Assembly: GCA_902543145.1 (NCBI GenBank)
Contig: CACBXG010000003.1
Location: forward strand, 91,088 to 155,087
Origin: an uncultured SAR116 cluster alpha proteobacterium
Lineage (GTDB): Bacteria > Pseudomonadota > Alphaproteobacteria > Puniceispirillales > Marisalimonadaceae
Direction: 5' to 3'
DNA length: 64,000 bases
Part shown: piece by piece, positions 9,656-21,299 of the stretch
How positions within the stretch are numbered: position 1 is the stretch's first letter
How the letters are laid out: each line of letters opens with the position of its first letter
The notes under the pieces: generated by a model
What the model was told of the DNA's origin: nothing
The model's database searches: none
The model's input: only the letters and a program-made list of their open reading frames with translations
Translations under genes and position numbers: made by a program

Positions 9656-11452
9656 ATGAAAAATGCAGAAGCATTTTCTTCAAATGATAAAATTTTAACA
9701 CCACTCAGAACACTAAATGAATTATTAAGATTTGTTATTCCAAAAGGCAATAAAGAAATGCCTATTAGAATAACTTTAGCCTTAATGTTTTTAATTTTAG
9801 CAACACTCGTCAGTGTATATACACCATTCTTATATGGTAAAGCTGTTGATTTAGTTTCTGATAAAAACTCTATAAACTTAAGTTTACTATGGTTTGTCAT
9901 AGGATCATATGCTTTAGCTCGTTTAGGACAAGTTTTTTTTGATGAAGCTAAAGAGTTTGTTTTTGCAAGAGTTGCACAAAGAGCCGTGAGAGGAGCCGCT
10001 TTAAAAGCTTTTAAACACATGCATAATTTATCACTAACTTTCCACTTAAATAGACAAACTGGTGGATTAACCAGGGCGATTGATAGAGGTGCAAAAGGGA
10101 TTGAATTTTTATTAAGGTTTACTGTTTTTGAAATAGTCCCAGTTTTAGTTGAGTTAATTACAGTTGGAATAGTTTTATGGGTAACCTTTGGATTTAGATA
10201 CTCGGCTATCACAATATTAACAGTCATAATTTACATAGTTTTCACAATTAAAGTAACTGAATGGAGGATCGCCATCAGAAAAAAAATGAACATTGCAGAT
10301 GAAAACGCGTCTACTAAAGCTGTAGATAGTTTATTAAATTATGAAACTGTAAAATACTTTAATGCTGAAATTATGGAGGCAGATAGATTTAACAATGCTA
10401 TGAGAATTTATGAAGATTCTGCTGTTAAAGCTAGGGCATCTCTATCAATAGTAAACATAGGTCAAGGTGGAATAATAGCCTTAGGTCTTTTTTTAGTTAT
10501 GGGTATGGCTGGAGAAGATATAGCAAAAGGGAACATGTCTGTTGGAGATTTTGTGGTTGTTAATACTTTTTTGTTACAATTATATTTACCATTAAACTTT
10601 TTAGGTTTTGTTTATCGAGAAATCAGACAGTCATTATTAGATATGGGTAGAATGTTTGCTCTTGTTGATGAAAAACCTGATATAATTGATCAAGAAAATG
10701 CTAATGAATTAATAGTTAAAAAAGGCAAAATTGAATTTCTTAATGTAAATTTTTCATTTGGCAGACGCAAAATTTTAAAGAACGTAACGTTCACCATAGA
10801 GTCTGGAGAAAAAGTTGCTATTGTAGGACCAACAGGTGCTGGTAAATCTACTATATCAAAGCTTTTATTTAGATTTTATGATCCATCTTCAGGTAAAATT
10901 TATATTGATGGTCAATGTATATCTGAAGTAACTCAAAATTCTTTAAGATCAAATATAGGAGTGGTTCCTCAAGATACAGTTCTCTTTAATGATACAATTA
11001 AATATAATATTGCTTATTCAAATCCTAATTCTTCTATAAAACAAATTGTTAATGCAGCTAAATTATCTTCTATAGACAAGTTTATTTCAAATCTTGAAGC
11101 AGGATACGAAACTGTAGTAGGGGAGAGAGGATTAAAACTATCAGGAGGTGAAAAACAAAGAGTTGCTATTGCCAGAGCCCTTTTAAAAAATCCTCAGATA
11201 TTTGTTTTTGATGAAGCAACATCTGCACTAGATACAAAAACTGAGAAATCAATTGAAAAATCTCTTAAAAAATTATCCAGTAAAAACACCACACTTATAA
11301 TTGCCCATAGATTATCAACAATAATTGATGCAGACAAAATTATTGTACTAGATAATGGCTCAATCATTGAAATAGGAAATCATCAAGATCTTATAAATAA
11401 GAACGGGTTATATGCTGAAATGTGGATTAGGCAGCAAGAAAATATCAATTAA
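9656..11452 (+). CDS. Atm1/ABCB7-type ABC half-transporter
   Basis: FHLNRQTG, DSLLNYETVKYF, PLNFLGFVYRE, Walker A GPTGAGKST and VGERGLKLSGGEKQR. Confidence 0.9.
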   Translation: MKNAEAFSSNDKILTPLRTLNELLRFVIPKGNKEMPIRITLALMFLILATLVSVYTPFLYGKAVDLVSDKNSINLSLLWFVIGSYALARLGQVFFDEAKEFVFARVAQRAVRGAALKAFKHMHNLSLTFHLNRQTGGLTRAIDRGAKGIEFLLRFTVFEIVPVLVELITVGIVLWVTFGFRYSAITILTVIIYIVFTIKVTEWRIAIRKKMNIADENASTKAVDSLLNYETVKYFNAEIMEADRFNNAMRIYEDSAVKARASLSIVNIGQGGIIALGLFLVMGMAGEDIAKGNMSVGDFVVVNTFLLQLYLPLNFLGFVYREIRQSLLDMGRMFALVDEKPDIIDQENANELIVKKGKIEFLNVNFSFGRRKILKNVTFTIESGEKVAIVGPTGAGKSTISKLLFRFYDPSSGKIYIDGQCISEVTQNSLRSNIGVVPQDTVLFNDTIKYNIAYSNPNSSIKQIVNAAKLSSIDKFISNLEAGYETVVGERGLKLSGGEKQRVAIARALLKNPQIFVFDEATSALDTKTEKSIEKSLKKLSSKNTTLIIAHRLSTIIDADKIIVLDNGSIIEIGNHQDLINKNGLYAEMWIRQQENIN

Positions 11453-11454
11453 AA

Positions 11455-12255
11455 TCAGCCAATAGAAAATTGCTCTTTCAGATATTTATCCTCCATACTG
11501 TTTGTCTTGTCGTAAAGAATTCGAAGATTTATGTCATTTTTTTGTGAGATAACGACTTTTGATATATTTTTTACTTCAAAGGCGTCGGCACTGGCACTTA
11601 CAGGTCTCATTTTAGGATTAATAACATTAAACTCTATTATAGAATTATTTTTGATTAATGCTCCTCTCCATCTTCTTGGTCTGAAAGGACTTATTGGTGT
11701 AAGTGCCAAAAGTTCTGACCCAATTGGTAATATAGGACCATAAGCAGATAAATTATAAGCAGTCGACCCAACTGGTGTTGCAACCATAACGCCGTCACAT
11801 GTTAATTCATTTAATCTTTCTGTATCATCAATTTTTATTGAGATTATGGCACTTTGGTGGGTTCTTCTAAAAATAGCAACTTCATTAATAGCAAGTTCGT
11901 TATGTTTTTGATTTTTTGTGTCCAAAGCTATCATTTCAAGAGGGTGAACTATAATCTCGTTAGCTTCTTTTAATCTATCAATTAAATTTGAATTGTTATA
12001 TTCATTCATCAAGAACCCTATATTGCCCCTATTCAATCCAAAAACTGGAATGTCATATAAGATACTTTCACGCATTGCAGCTAACATAGCTCCGTCTCCA
12101 CCAACGGCCACAATAACCTCAGCCCTAGAAATTTCTTCCTGTCCATATAAATTAAGTAAATCATTAGAAACTAATTTGGCTTTTTTATTTTTAGCAATAC
12201 TAAAGTGAATCTTCAAAATTTTTTGCCCTTTTTGTGGTATTTTAAATAATTTCAA
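11455..12255 (-). CDS. nadK: NAD kinase
   Basis: GGDG, NE, DGVMVATPVGSTAYNLSA and PFRPRRW; true start may be about 13 codons downstream. Confidence 0.92.
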   Translation of the reverse strand: MKLFKIPQKGQKILKIHFSIAKNKKAKLVSNDLLNLYGQEEISRAEVIVAVGGDGAMLAAMRESILYDIPVFGLNRGNIGFLMNEYNNSNLIDRLKEANEIIVHPLEMIALDTKNQKHNELAINEVAIFRRTHQSAIISIKIDDTERLNELTCDGVMVATPVGSTAYNLSAYGPILPIGSELLALTPISPFRPRRWRGALIKNNSIIEFNVINPKMRPVSASADAFEVKNISKVVISQKNDINLRILYDKTNSMEDKYLKEQFSIG

Positions 12256-12276
12256 GTTAAAACATATTCATACTAA

Positions 12277-13224
12277 ATGGTGATTTATATGAAAGCAATA
12301 GAAACAGCATTAAGTTTAACTCAAGCTTATAAGCTAGGCATTGAGAGATTTGAAAAAATGCTTGGAAATGAATTTGCAAAAGCTGTAGAATCTATGAATA
12401 ATTCGTCTACACATATTATTGTTTGTGGGATGGGTAAATCAGGGCTTGTTGGAAGAAAAATATCATCCACACTTGCATCTACAGGAACACCTAGCATTTT
12501 TCTTCATCCAGCTGACGCTATACATGGAGACTTAGGAAAGGTTCAAAAAAATTCTGTTGTTTTACTTATATCATATTCAGGAGAAACAGACGAAATAATT
12601 GCTTTAATTCCAGCATTGAAAAGGCTTGATGTTAATATTATAGCTTTAACTGGAGTTAAAAATTCAACTTTAGCTAATATATCTGACATAGTTTTGGATA
12701 CTTCAGTTGATAGAGAGGCATGTCCATTAAATTTAGCACCTACAACATCAACTATGATTACGATGGTTTTAGGGGACGCCCTTGCTGTTTCATTAATGGA
12801 ATTAAAAAACTTTAAGCAAGAAGATTTTGCCTTAACTCATCCTGGTGGATCTCTTGGTAGAAGATTGTTATCGAGCGTTAAGGATGAGATGAAACAAAAT
12901 AATCTACCATTTATTGATCAAAACTCAATAGTACAAGACGTTTTAGTTAAAATGACAGAAGGTCGTCTTGGTCTTGCTCTGGTTGGTACAAAAGAAGAAT
13001 TAAAGGGTGTGATTACAGATGGAGATATCAGAAGAGCATTAATTGATAATAAAAACTTTGCTGAATTGAAAGCCAAAGACTTAATGAATATAAATCCATT
13101 AACAGCACTTGAGAGTGACAATTTGCAAGTTGCAGAAAAGAGAATGAGAGAAGCAAAAGTTCAGTGTTTAGTAGTTAAAAATCTAATAAATGAAGTTGTA
13201 GGTGTTATTCAGATATTTGAATAA
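12277..13224 (+). CDS. kdsD: KpsF/GutQ arabinose-5-phosphate isomerase (SIS + CBS)
   Basis: GMGKSG, HGDLG, EACPLNLAPTTS, HPGGSLG and ITDGDIRR. Confidence 0.88.
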   Translation: MVIYMKAIETALSLTQAYKLGIERFEKMLGNEFAKAVESMNNSSTHIIVCGMGKSGLVGRKISSTLASTGTPSIFLHPADAIHGDLGKVQKNSVVLLISYSGETDEIIALIPALKRLDVNIIALTGVKNSTLANISDIVLDTSVDREACPLNLAPTTSTMITMVLGDALAVSLMELKNFKQEDFALTHPGGSLGRRLLSSVKDEMKQNNLPFIDQNSIVQDVLVKMTEGRLGLALVGTKEELKGVITDGDIRRALIDNKNFAELKAKDLMNINPLTALESDNLQVAEKRMREAKVQCLVVKNLINEVVGVIQIFE

Positions 13225-13240
13225 TTGCATGGTACCAACA

Positions 13241-15402
<2,162 letters not shown>

Positions 15403-15428
15403 CCTAAATAATAATTATTATTTATAAT

Positions 15429-16553
15429 ATGTATAAATTTGATGAAAAAAAAATAATCCAAGATTTAGCCAAAGAATTTAACTTTGATGTTTGTAAGATC
15501 ACAGACACTAATTTACCAATAAATACTGACGAAAGGCTAAAAGAATTTATTGAGTTAGGCTTTCATGGGGAAATGAACTGGCTTGCAGATAGTTACCAAA
15601 GACGAAAATCACCGTTAAATTTATGGGAAGAGGCAAAATCTGCAATAATACTTGGTTTAAATTATGGACCTAAAGATAATCCTTTAAAAAAAATTAATAA
15701 AAAGAATTTAGGAAACATCTCTGTTTATGCTCAGGGAAAAGATTATCACAAAATAATCAAAGGAAGACTTAAGTTATTTTCAAGTAAATTAATTTCTAAA
15801 TTATCAAAAGCAAAAAAAACTAAAATCAAAGTTTTTGTTGACACAGCTCCCTTAATGGAAAAACCTCTTGCGGAAAAGTCTGGTTTAGGATGGCAAGGCA
15901 AGCATACAAATTTAGTTTCAAGAGAATTTGGATCATGGCTATTTTTAGGAATTATTCTTGTAAATCATTCTTTTGAATACGATTCACAAGAAAAAAATTA
16001 TTGTGGTTCTTGTACGAAATGTCTTGATATATGCCCAACAGATGCATTTTGTGAAGAAAATAAGTTAGACGCTTCAAAGTGTATTTCATATTTAACCATT
16101 GAGCACAAAAATGCTATCCCAAAAAAATTTAGAACAGCCATTGGAAATAGAATATTTGGGTGTGATGATTGTTTAGCGATTTGCCCTTGGAATAAATATG
16201 CAAAGATTACAAAAGAAATTCATTTTAACGAAAATAAATATAATTTTAATTTAAATGAATTATTAAATCTTTGTGATCAAGAGTTTAGAAAAAAATTTAC
16301 TAGATCACCAATAAAAAGGATAGGTAGGGATAGGTTTATAAGGAATTGTTGTATTGCGGCAGGTAACAGTAAAAATAAAGAATTAATACCCATATTAGTT
16401 AATTTAATAATAAAAGATCAATCTTTTTTGGTAAGAGGTGCAGCTATATGGGCACTTCAACAACTAGATAACAAAAACAACCTAAAAATTATAAAAAGAC
16501 GACATTTAAGTTTTGAAAAAAACATAGATGTGTTAGCTGAATGGTATGTCTAA
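15429..16553 (+). CDS. queG: Epoxyqueuosine reductase (cobalamin and 4Fe-4S dependent)
   Basis: YAQGKDYH, VDTAP, GWQGKHT, CGSCTKCLDICPT, CISYLTIE and GCDDCLAICPWN. Confidence 0.94.
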   Translation: MYKFDEKKIIQDLAKEFNFDVCKITDTNLPINTDERLKEFIELGFHGEMNWLADSYQRRKSPLNLWEEAKSAIILGLNYGPKDNPLKKINKKNLGNISVYAQGKDYHKIIKGRLKLFSSKLISKLSKAKKTKIKVFVDTAPLMEKPLAEKSGLGWQGKHTNLVSREFGSWLFLGIILVNHSFEYDSQEKNYCGSCTKCLDICPTDAFCEENKLDASKCISYLTIEHKNAIPKKFRTAIGNRIFGCDDCLAICPWNKYAKITKEIHFNENKYNFNLNELLNLCDQEFRKKFTRSPIKRIGRDRFIRNCCIAAGNSKNKELIPILVNLIIKDQSFLVRGAAIWALQQLDNKNNLKIIKRRHLSFEKNIDVLAEWYV

Positions 16554-16558
16554 TTAAA

Positions 16559-16897
16559 TCAAAGTGCGTTGTTTTCAGTCTCACCCGTTCTTATTCTAGT
16601 TGCACTATGAAGGTCTAAGACAAATATTTTACCATCTCCAATTTGTCCTGTGCAAGCACTCTGAAGTAAAGCCTCATGAACAGTATTTTCCATATCATCA
16701 GTAACAGCTATTTCGATTTTAAGCTTGGGAACAAATGACACACTATATTCTGCTCCTCTATAAATTTCAGTTTGCCCTCTTTGTCTTCCAAATCCACGAA
16801 CCTCTGATGCAGTCAATCCTTCAACTCCAATCTCAGTTAAGGCATTCCTGACATCATCAAGTTTAAAAGGTTTTATAATCGCAATAAAGTATTTCAT
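16559..16897 (-). CDS. glnK: P-II nitrogen regulatory protein (amtB-linked)
   Basis: [30 protein letters not shown] and IRTGE; adjacent to amtB. Confidence 0.9.
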   Translation of the reverse strand: MKYFIAIIKPFKLDDVRNALTEIGVEGLTASEVRGFGRQRGQTEIYRGAEYSVSFVPKLKIEIAVTDDMENTVHEALLQSACTGQIGDGKIFVLDLHSATRIRTGETENNAL

Positions 16898-16908
16898 GAT
16901 GAAATCTC

Positions 16909-18213
16909 CTAATCTGAATGATATCCTTTTTCACCGTGAGAACGCAAGTCTAAGCCTTCAATTTCTTCTTGTTCGTCTACTCTTAACGACACAATTAAAG
17001 AGGTTAGTTTTAAAATTAAATATGTAAAGAAAGACGTCCAAACTACAGTAAGCACAACTGCTTTAAGTTGTATTATAAATTGAGATATTCCTGTTTGTCC
17101 TTCAGCAAGGCCTAATCCGGAAAATGAAGAGGTAGCTAAAAATGCAACAAGTAGTGTACCTAATATACCACCTACTCCGTGAACCGCAAAAACATCAAGG
17201 CTATCATCTATTTGAAGTTTGCCTCTGATGTAATCGACAGCAAGGTAACAAAGCAAGCCACCTAAAAATCCTAAAATCAGACCTCCGGGTACACCTATGT
17301 AACCTGAAGCAGGTGTAACAGTAGCAAGTCCAGCCACCATTCCAGTAACTATGCCAATTAAAGATGGTTTACCAAATCTTTTCCATTCAATAAACATCCA
17401 AACTAATGAGGCAGTTGCAGCAGATATATGTGTAACTAACATAGCCATTCCCGCGCCTCCATTAGCACCTAAAGCTGAACCAGCATTAAAACCAAACCAT
17501 CCAATCCATAACATTGAAGCTCCTATCATAGTCAATATAGGGCTATGTGGTGGAGTAATAGATTTTGGAAAACCTTTTCTCTTACCAAGCGTTAAGGCAG
17601 TAACCAAAGCAGCTGTACCAGCTGTTGCATGCACAACTATGCCTCCAGCAAAGTCCATTGTTCCCCAAGATGATAAAATACCACCTCCCCAAACCCAATG
17701 CGTTACAGGAACATATACGATTAAAACCCAAAGACTTAAAAAAATTAACATTGCTGAAAACTTAATTCTTTCTACAAACGCACCTATCATCAGAGCAGGG
17801 GTAATGATTGCAAAAGTCATTTGGAATGTTGCAAAAAGGCTTTCAGGTATGCTCCCAGATGGTGTTTCTAATTCAATTGAATTCATAAACATGTTACTAA
17901 GCCCACCAATCCATGCATTTCCCTCAGAAAACGCTAAACTATAACCTACAACCACCCAAATTATAGATACTACACAGGCTAGGGAGAAGTGTTGCATTAA
18001 TACTGATACAACATTTTTTGAGTTTACTAATCCTGCATAGAATAGAGCTAAACCTGGTAAAGTCATAAATAATACTAGAGCAGTTGAGGTCAAAATCCAG
18101 GCTGTATCACCATTATTAATTTCAGCAAAAGCTGGAAAAGAAATCATCGTCAAGAGTAAAGTTGAAAATACACTAAAAAACTTAATCTTATTTCTGAAAG
18201 TAAAAAAATCCAT
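16909..18213 (-). CDS. amtB: Ammonium transporter
   Basis: FQMTFAIIT, DFAGGIVVH, WIGWFGFN and DDSLDVFAVHG. Confidence 0.96.
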   Translation of the reverse strand: MDFFTFRNKIKFFSVFSTLLLTMISFPAFAEINNGDTAWILTSTALVLFMTLPGLALFYAGLVNSKNVVSVLMQHFSLACVVSIIWVVVGYSLAFSEGNAWIGGLSNMFMNSIELETPSGSIPESLFATFQMTFAIITPALMIGAFVERIKFSAMLIFLSLWVLIVYVPVTHWVWGGGILSSWGTMDFAGGIVVHATAGTAALVTALTLGKRKGFPKSITPPHSPILTMIGASMLWIGWFGFNAGSALGANGGAGMAMLVTHISAATASLVWMFIEWKRFGKPSLIGIVTGMVAGLATVTPASGYIGVPGGLILGFLGGLLCYLAVDYIRGKLQIDDSLDVFAVHGVGGILGTLLVAFLATSSFSGLGLAEGQTGISQFIIQLKAVVLTVVWTSFFTYLILKLTSLIVSLRVDEQEEIEGLDLRSHGEKGYHSD

Positions 18214-18301
18214 AACATCCCCCTATGTAATGAAATTTAATTAAGTAATTTTTTCCTAAAATACAAAAAATGTATAAAAAATATCCAAATAAAATTAAAT
18301 T

Positions 18302-18318
18302 TGCTTAAATTTTAGACA
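18302..18318. promoter_or_regulatory. NtrC-like 17-bp box upstream of amtB
   Basis: TGCTTAAATTTTAGACA resembles TGC-N11-GCA and a similar box upstream of glnB. Confidence 0.45.
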
Positions 18319-18419
18319 CTTATTTTTTGTTGTAAGTGATAAATTAATTATATTTCAGTTTATAATAAAATTTTTTGAGTGTATAAAATAACTATAACCA
18401 ATTAATTTGAGAGTTTATT

Positions 18420-19145
18420 TTGATAGAAAATGTCATAAAACAATTAGTTCCGAAAGGATACCTAAGAGCTGCTATAAATTTAAGTAACTTCTTATTAGTT
18501 ACTGGTAATGAGAGTAATGGTGATCCGCAAGGAGTTTCTCCAGACATGGCAAAAGCGCTTGCTAAAGAATTGAATGTAGATGTTAAATTAATTACTTTTA
18601 ATAGACCTGGAGAACTTGCAGATGCAATTTCACAGGATGTCTGGGATATTGGAAATATTGCAAATGAACCAGCAAGAGCCAGATCAATTACATTTAGTTT
18701 GCCATACACTTCAATTGAATCAACTTTCCTAATAAGGAATGGACTTAATATTAAAACAATAAAAGATGTTGATAAAAAAGGAATTAAAATTGCCGTTGCC
18801 GAAAGAAGTGCATATGATCTTTGGTTAACGGAGAATATAAAAAATGCAGATTTAATGAGAGCAAAATCTATAGATGAATCTTTTGCAATTTTTCAAGAAA
18901 ATAAATACGAAGTATTGGCTGGATTAAGACCTAAATTAGTTGATGATATAAAAAATACTACTGACTGCTCTATATTAAATGAGCCATTTACTTATATAAA
19001 TCAGTGTATTGGAAGCAAACCTGGAAATTTAGAAGCTGAAAATTTTATAAATAATTTTGTAAAAAAAAATATAGAAAATGGTTTTGTTAAAAACCTCTTA
19101 TCTAAGTATAATGTCTTAGGCAAATTATCCCTCCCTAAAAACTAG
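18420..19145 (+). CDS. Family-3 solute-binding-domain protein, no evident signal peptide
   Basis: GYLRAAIN, GVSPDMAKALA, WDIG, RARSITFSLPY and IAVAERSAYD. Confidence 0.75.
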   Translation: MIENVIKQLVPKGYLRAAINLSNFLLVTGNESNGDPQGVSPDMAKALAKELNVDVKLITFNRPGELADAISQDVWDIGNIANEPARARSITFSLPYTSIESTFLIRNGLNIKTIKDVDKKGIKIAVAERSAYDLWLTENIKNADLMRAKSIDESFAIFQENKYEVLAGLRPKLVDDIKNTTDCSILNEPFTYINQCIGSKPGNLEAENFINNFVKKNIENGFVKNLLSKYNVLGKLSLPKN

Positions 19146-19167
19146 AAGATTTATTATTGTACAATTA

Positions 19168-20043
19168 ATGAAAAAAATAGTTCCAATGATAGCTATATTT
19201 TGTACTGTTTTTTTCTGGGGATCTTCATTTCCAGCAATGTCGTTTCTTTTAGAAACATCAAGTCCTTTCATCTTGGCAGCAGGAAGGTTTTCTTTAGCAG
19301 CTTTTCTAGCTGTAATTTGGTGCATATATAATTATAAACAAAAGGTAAAATTGAATCACTTATTACGCTACATTTTTGCAGGGTTTATTGGAATTTTTTT
19401 ATATAATTTATTTCTTAACCATGGACAAGAGAGTGTTTCAGCAGGGGCAAGCAGCTTCATTGTCAATTGTAACCCATTATTTACTGCTTTAATTGGCTTT
19501 TTTATTTTGAAACAAAAAGTCTCATATATACATTGGCTAGGAATAATTATATGTATGTTTGGGGTTGGTTTAATATCTTTTGATCAAGAAGCTGGCTTGA
19601 ATTTAGGAAGTGGATCAAGCTTGATATTATTTGCTGCTATCTTGACTGCAATCTATTTTCATATAGTAAAACCTTTAGTAGTGATATATGGAGCAATAAC
19701 TTCTACTGCATATACAATAATTTTTGGAACCATACCCATGTTATTTTGGTTCCCAGAAACTTATGATTTTATTTCCCAATCTACTAATGAAATTAAATTA
19801 ACATATTTATGGTTGGCATTGTTTCCTACTGCATTAGGTTATTTGACTTGGACCTATTCAGTTGGTTATTATGGAGCCAATAAAGCTTCTTTGTTTCTTT
19901 ATTTAATTCCACCAATTTCTATTATTTTGAATATTTCATGGTATGAAAAAAATCCATCTTTAATTACTATATTTGGAGGTTTAGTTATATTATTAAGTGT
20001 TTTTTTTACTCTTCTATTTCAGCAAAACAGAAGAGAAAGTTAA
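19168..20043 (+). CDS. DMT/EamA-family transporter
   Basis: FWGSSF, AAGRF, about 10 hydrophobic segments and a duplicated EamA pattern. Confidence 0.85.
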   Translation: MKKIVPMIAIFCTVFFWGSSFPAMSFLLETSSPFILAAGRFSLAAFLAVIWCIYNYKQKVKLNHLLRYIFAGFIGIFLYNLFLNHGQESVSAGASSFIVNCNPLFTALIGFFILKQKVSYIHWLGIIICMFGVGLISFDQEAGLNLGSGSSLILFAAILTAIYFHIVKPLVVIYGAITSTAYTIIFGTIPMLFWFPETYDFISQSTNEIKLTYLWLALFPTALGYLTWTYSVGYYGANKASLFLYLIPPISIILNISWYEKNPSLITIFGGLVILLSVFFTLLFQQNRRES

Positions 20044-20101
20044 CATTAACTAAAAGTAGATCTTACATATAAGCTAGTTAGGGTTACAAAAATATTTAAG
20101 G

Positions 20102-20342
20102 TGGAGCGGGTAGCGAGAAGTTATGCTCATCTACAGTGCACCACTTGTAGTTGAATACAAGCTATACTCTCAGTTTATGTATTACTGAATCTGTGTCAAC
20201 AGGCACAAAATGGTCTACCGTTTGGTCTACCCTAAATGTTACATACTAAATTAGCGTTCTTAGTACAGAGAACGTGGACATGAATATGTATATATATACC
20301 TAACTATAATAACACTTATATGTATCACTTAACTGTAACACT
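20102..20342 (-). repeat. attR (core 20102-20119 plus P arm); inverted copy of 22645-22885
   Basis: 241-bp inverted repeat with one mismatch (20161); tandem arm-type repeats TGGTCTACC at 20211 and 20223. Confidence 0.92.
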
Positions 20343-20642
20343 GTAAGTGTAATCTTACCCCACACGTGTGCCATGCCACCCTTGTACGTATAGTATTCAT
20401 AAGCTCTGCAACAGATAGAGTGTAAATAGTGTTAACCATTTTAATAAGTCATAAAGAGTCATAAAGTAGTGTTAGTGTAAGTAGAGTCACTGATACATAA
20501 GATGTGGTTACAGTGGCTGTATGAGTCTGTGTGAGTCAGGGATAGGGTGTGATAACACTTATATCAAAATTCGTAGAAACCTATTTAATGGTAATCCACC
20601 CTGTGAGTATTTTATAGGATAGATTACTATTTAAATTTGTAA

Positions 20643-21068
20643 TTATTTGGCGAATACAGTAAGTGGCCCAAGACCTTCAGCTCCAGCAATTACAGCATAT
20701 ACTATTGTGGGAGTTTTAGCTGTATTTGTAACAGTGTGAGGTGAATTTGTTGCTTCTAAAAAGGTATCTCCAGCCTTGTACACTACCTTTTTCCCATTAG
20801 GACGTTCTGAGGTAACCTCACCTGACATTATATGCACGATAAGAGGTGCAGGATGAGTATGCTTTGGTAATTTTCCACCTACTGGAAATATTACCTGAGC
20901 AATAGTCAGTTTTGGAGTACCTTTAGGGTAAGAAATAGCTTCACCTGCACTAGATTTAGAACTTGAATATAATACTGTCACTTGTGGTTTTAATTGTTCT
21001 GAATTAGCTACATTTGCAAATACGGCTATAATTAATATACCTATCAATTTTGTAATTAATTTATTCAT
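20643..21068 (-). CDS. Secreted cupin-domain protein
   Basis: N-terminal signal peptide; GGKLPKHTHP, SGEV, YKAGDTFLE and PHTVTN cupin motifs. Confidence 0.82.
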   Translation of the reverse strand: MNKLITKLIGILIIAVFANVANSEQLKPQVTVLYSSSKSSAGEAISYPKGTPKLTIAQVIFPVGGKLPKHTHPAPLIVHIMSGEVTSERPNGKKVVYKAGDTFLEATNSPHTVTNTAKTPTIVYAVIAGAEGLGPLTVFAK

Positions 21069-21179
21069 TGATTATCCTTTTAATTTATTTAAACCCAAAA
21101 TTTATACTCATTTATAATAATTTATCTGTAAAGTATTTAAGTATTAAAAAACATAAGACTGTACAAGTAATAAGCATAT

Positions 21180-21226
21180 ATGAGGGTGTAGCTAGATATA
21201 TATAGTTAGGGTCTGCGGCAGATGGG
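21180..21226 (+). repeat. 47-bp motif, inverted copy of 22583-22629
   Basis: atgagggtgtagctagatatatatagttagggtctgcggcagatggg matches the reverse complement of 22583-22629 at 40/47 positions. Confidence 0.85.
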
Positions 21227-21299
21227 GTTTTACAATTGGTATAGTGCGTAGATGAATATTACTGTTAGACCAAGTATGAGTATGAACTTTATATATACT

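Noticed and set aside
9643-10227. Long antisense ORFs (also 17351-17944, 41065-41412, 52863-53249, 54443-54832 and others)
   Set aside because: Shadows of well-supported genes on the opposite strand, with no recognisable motifs.
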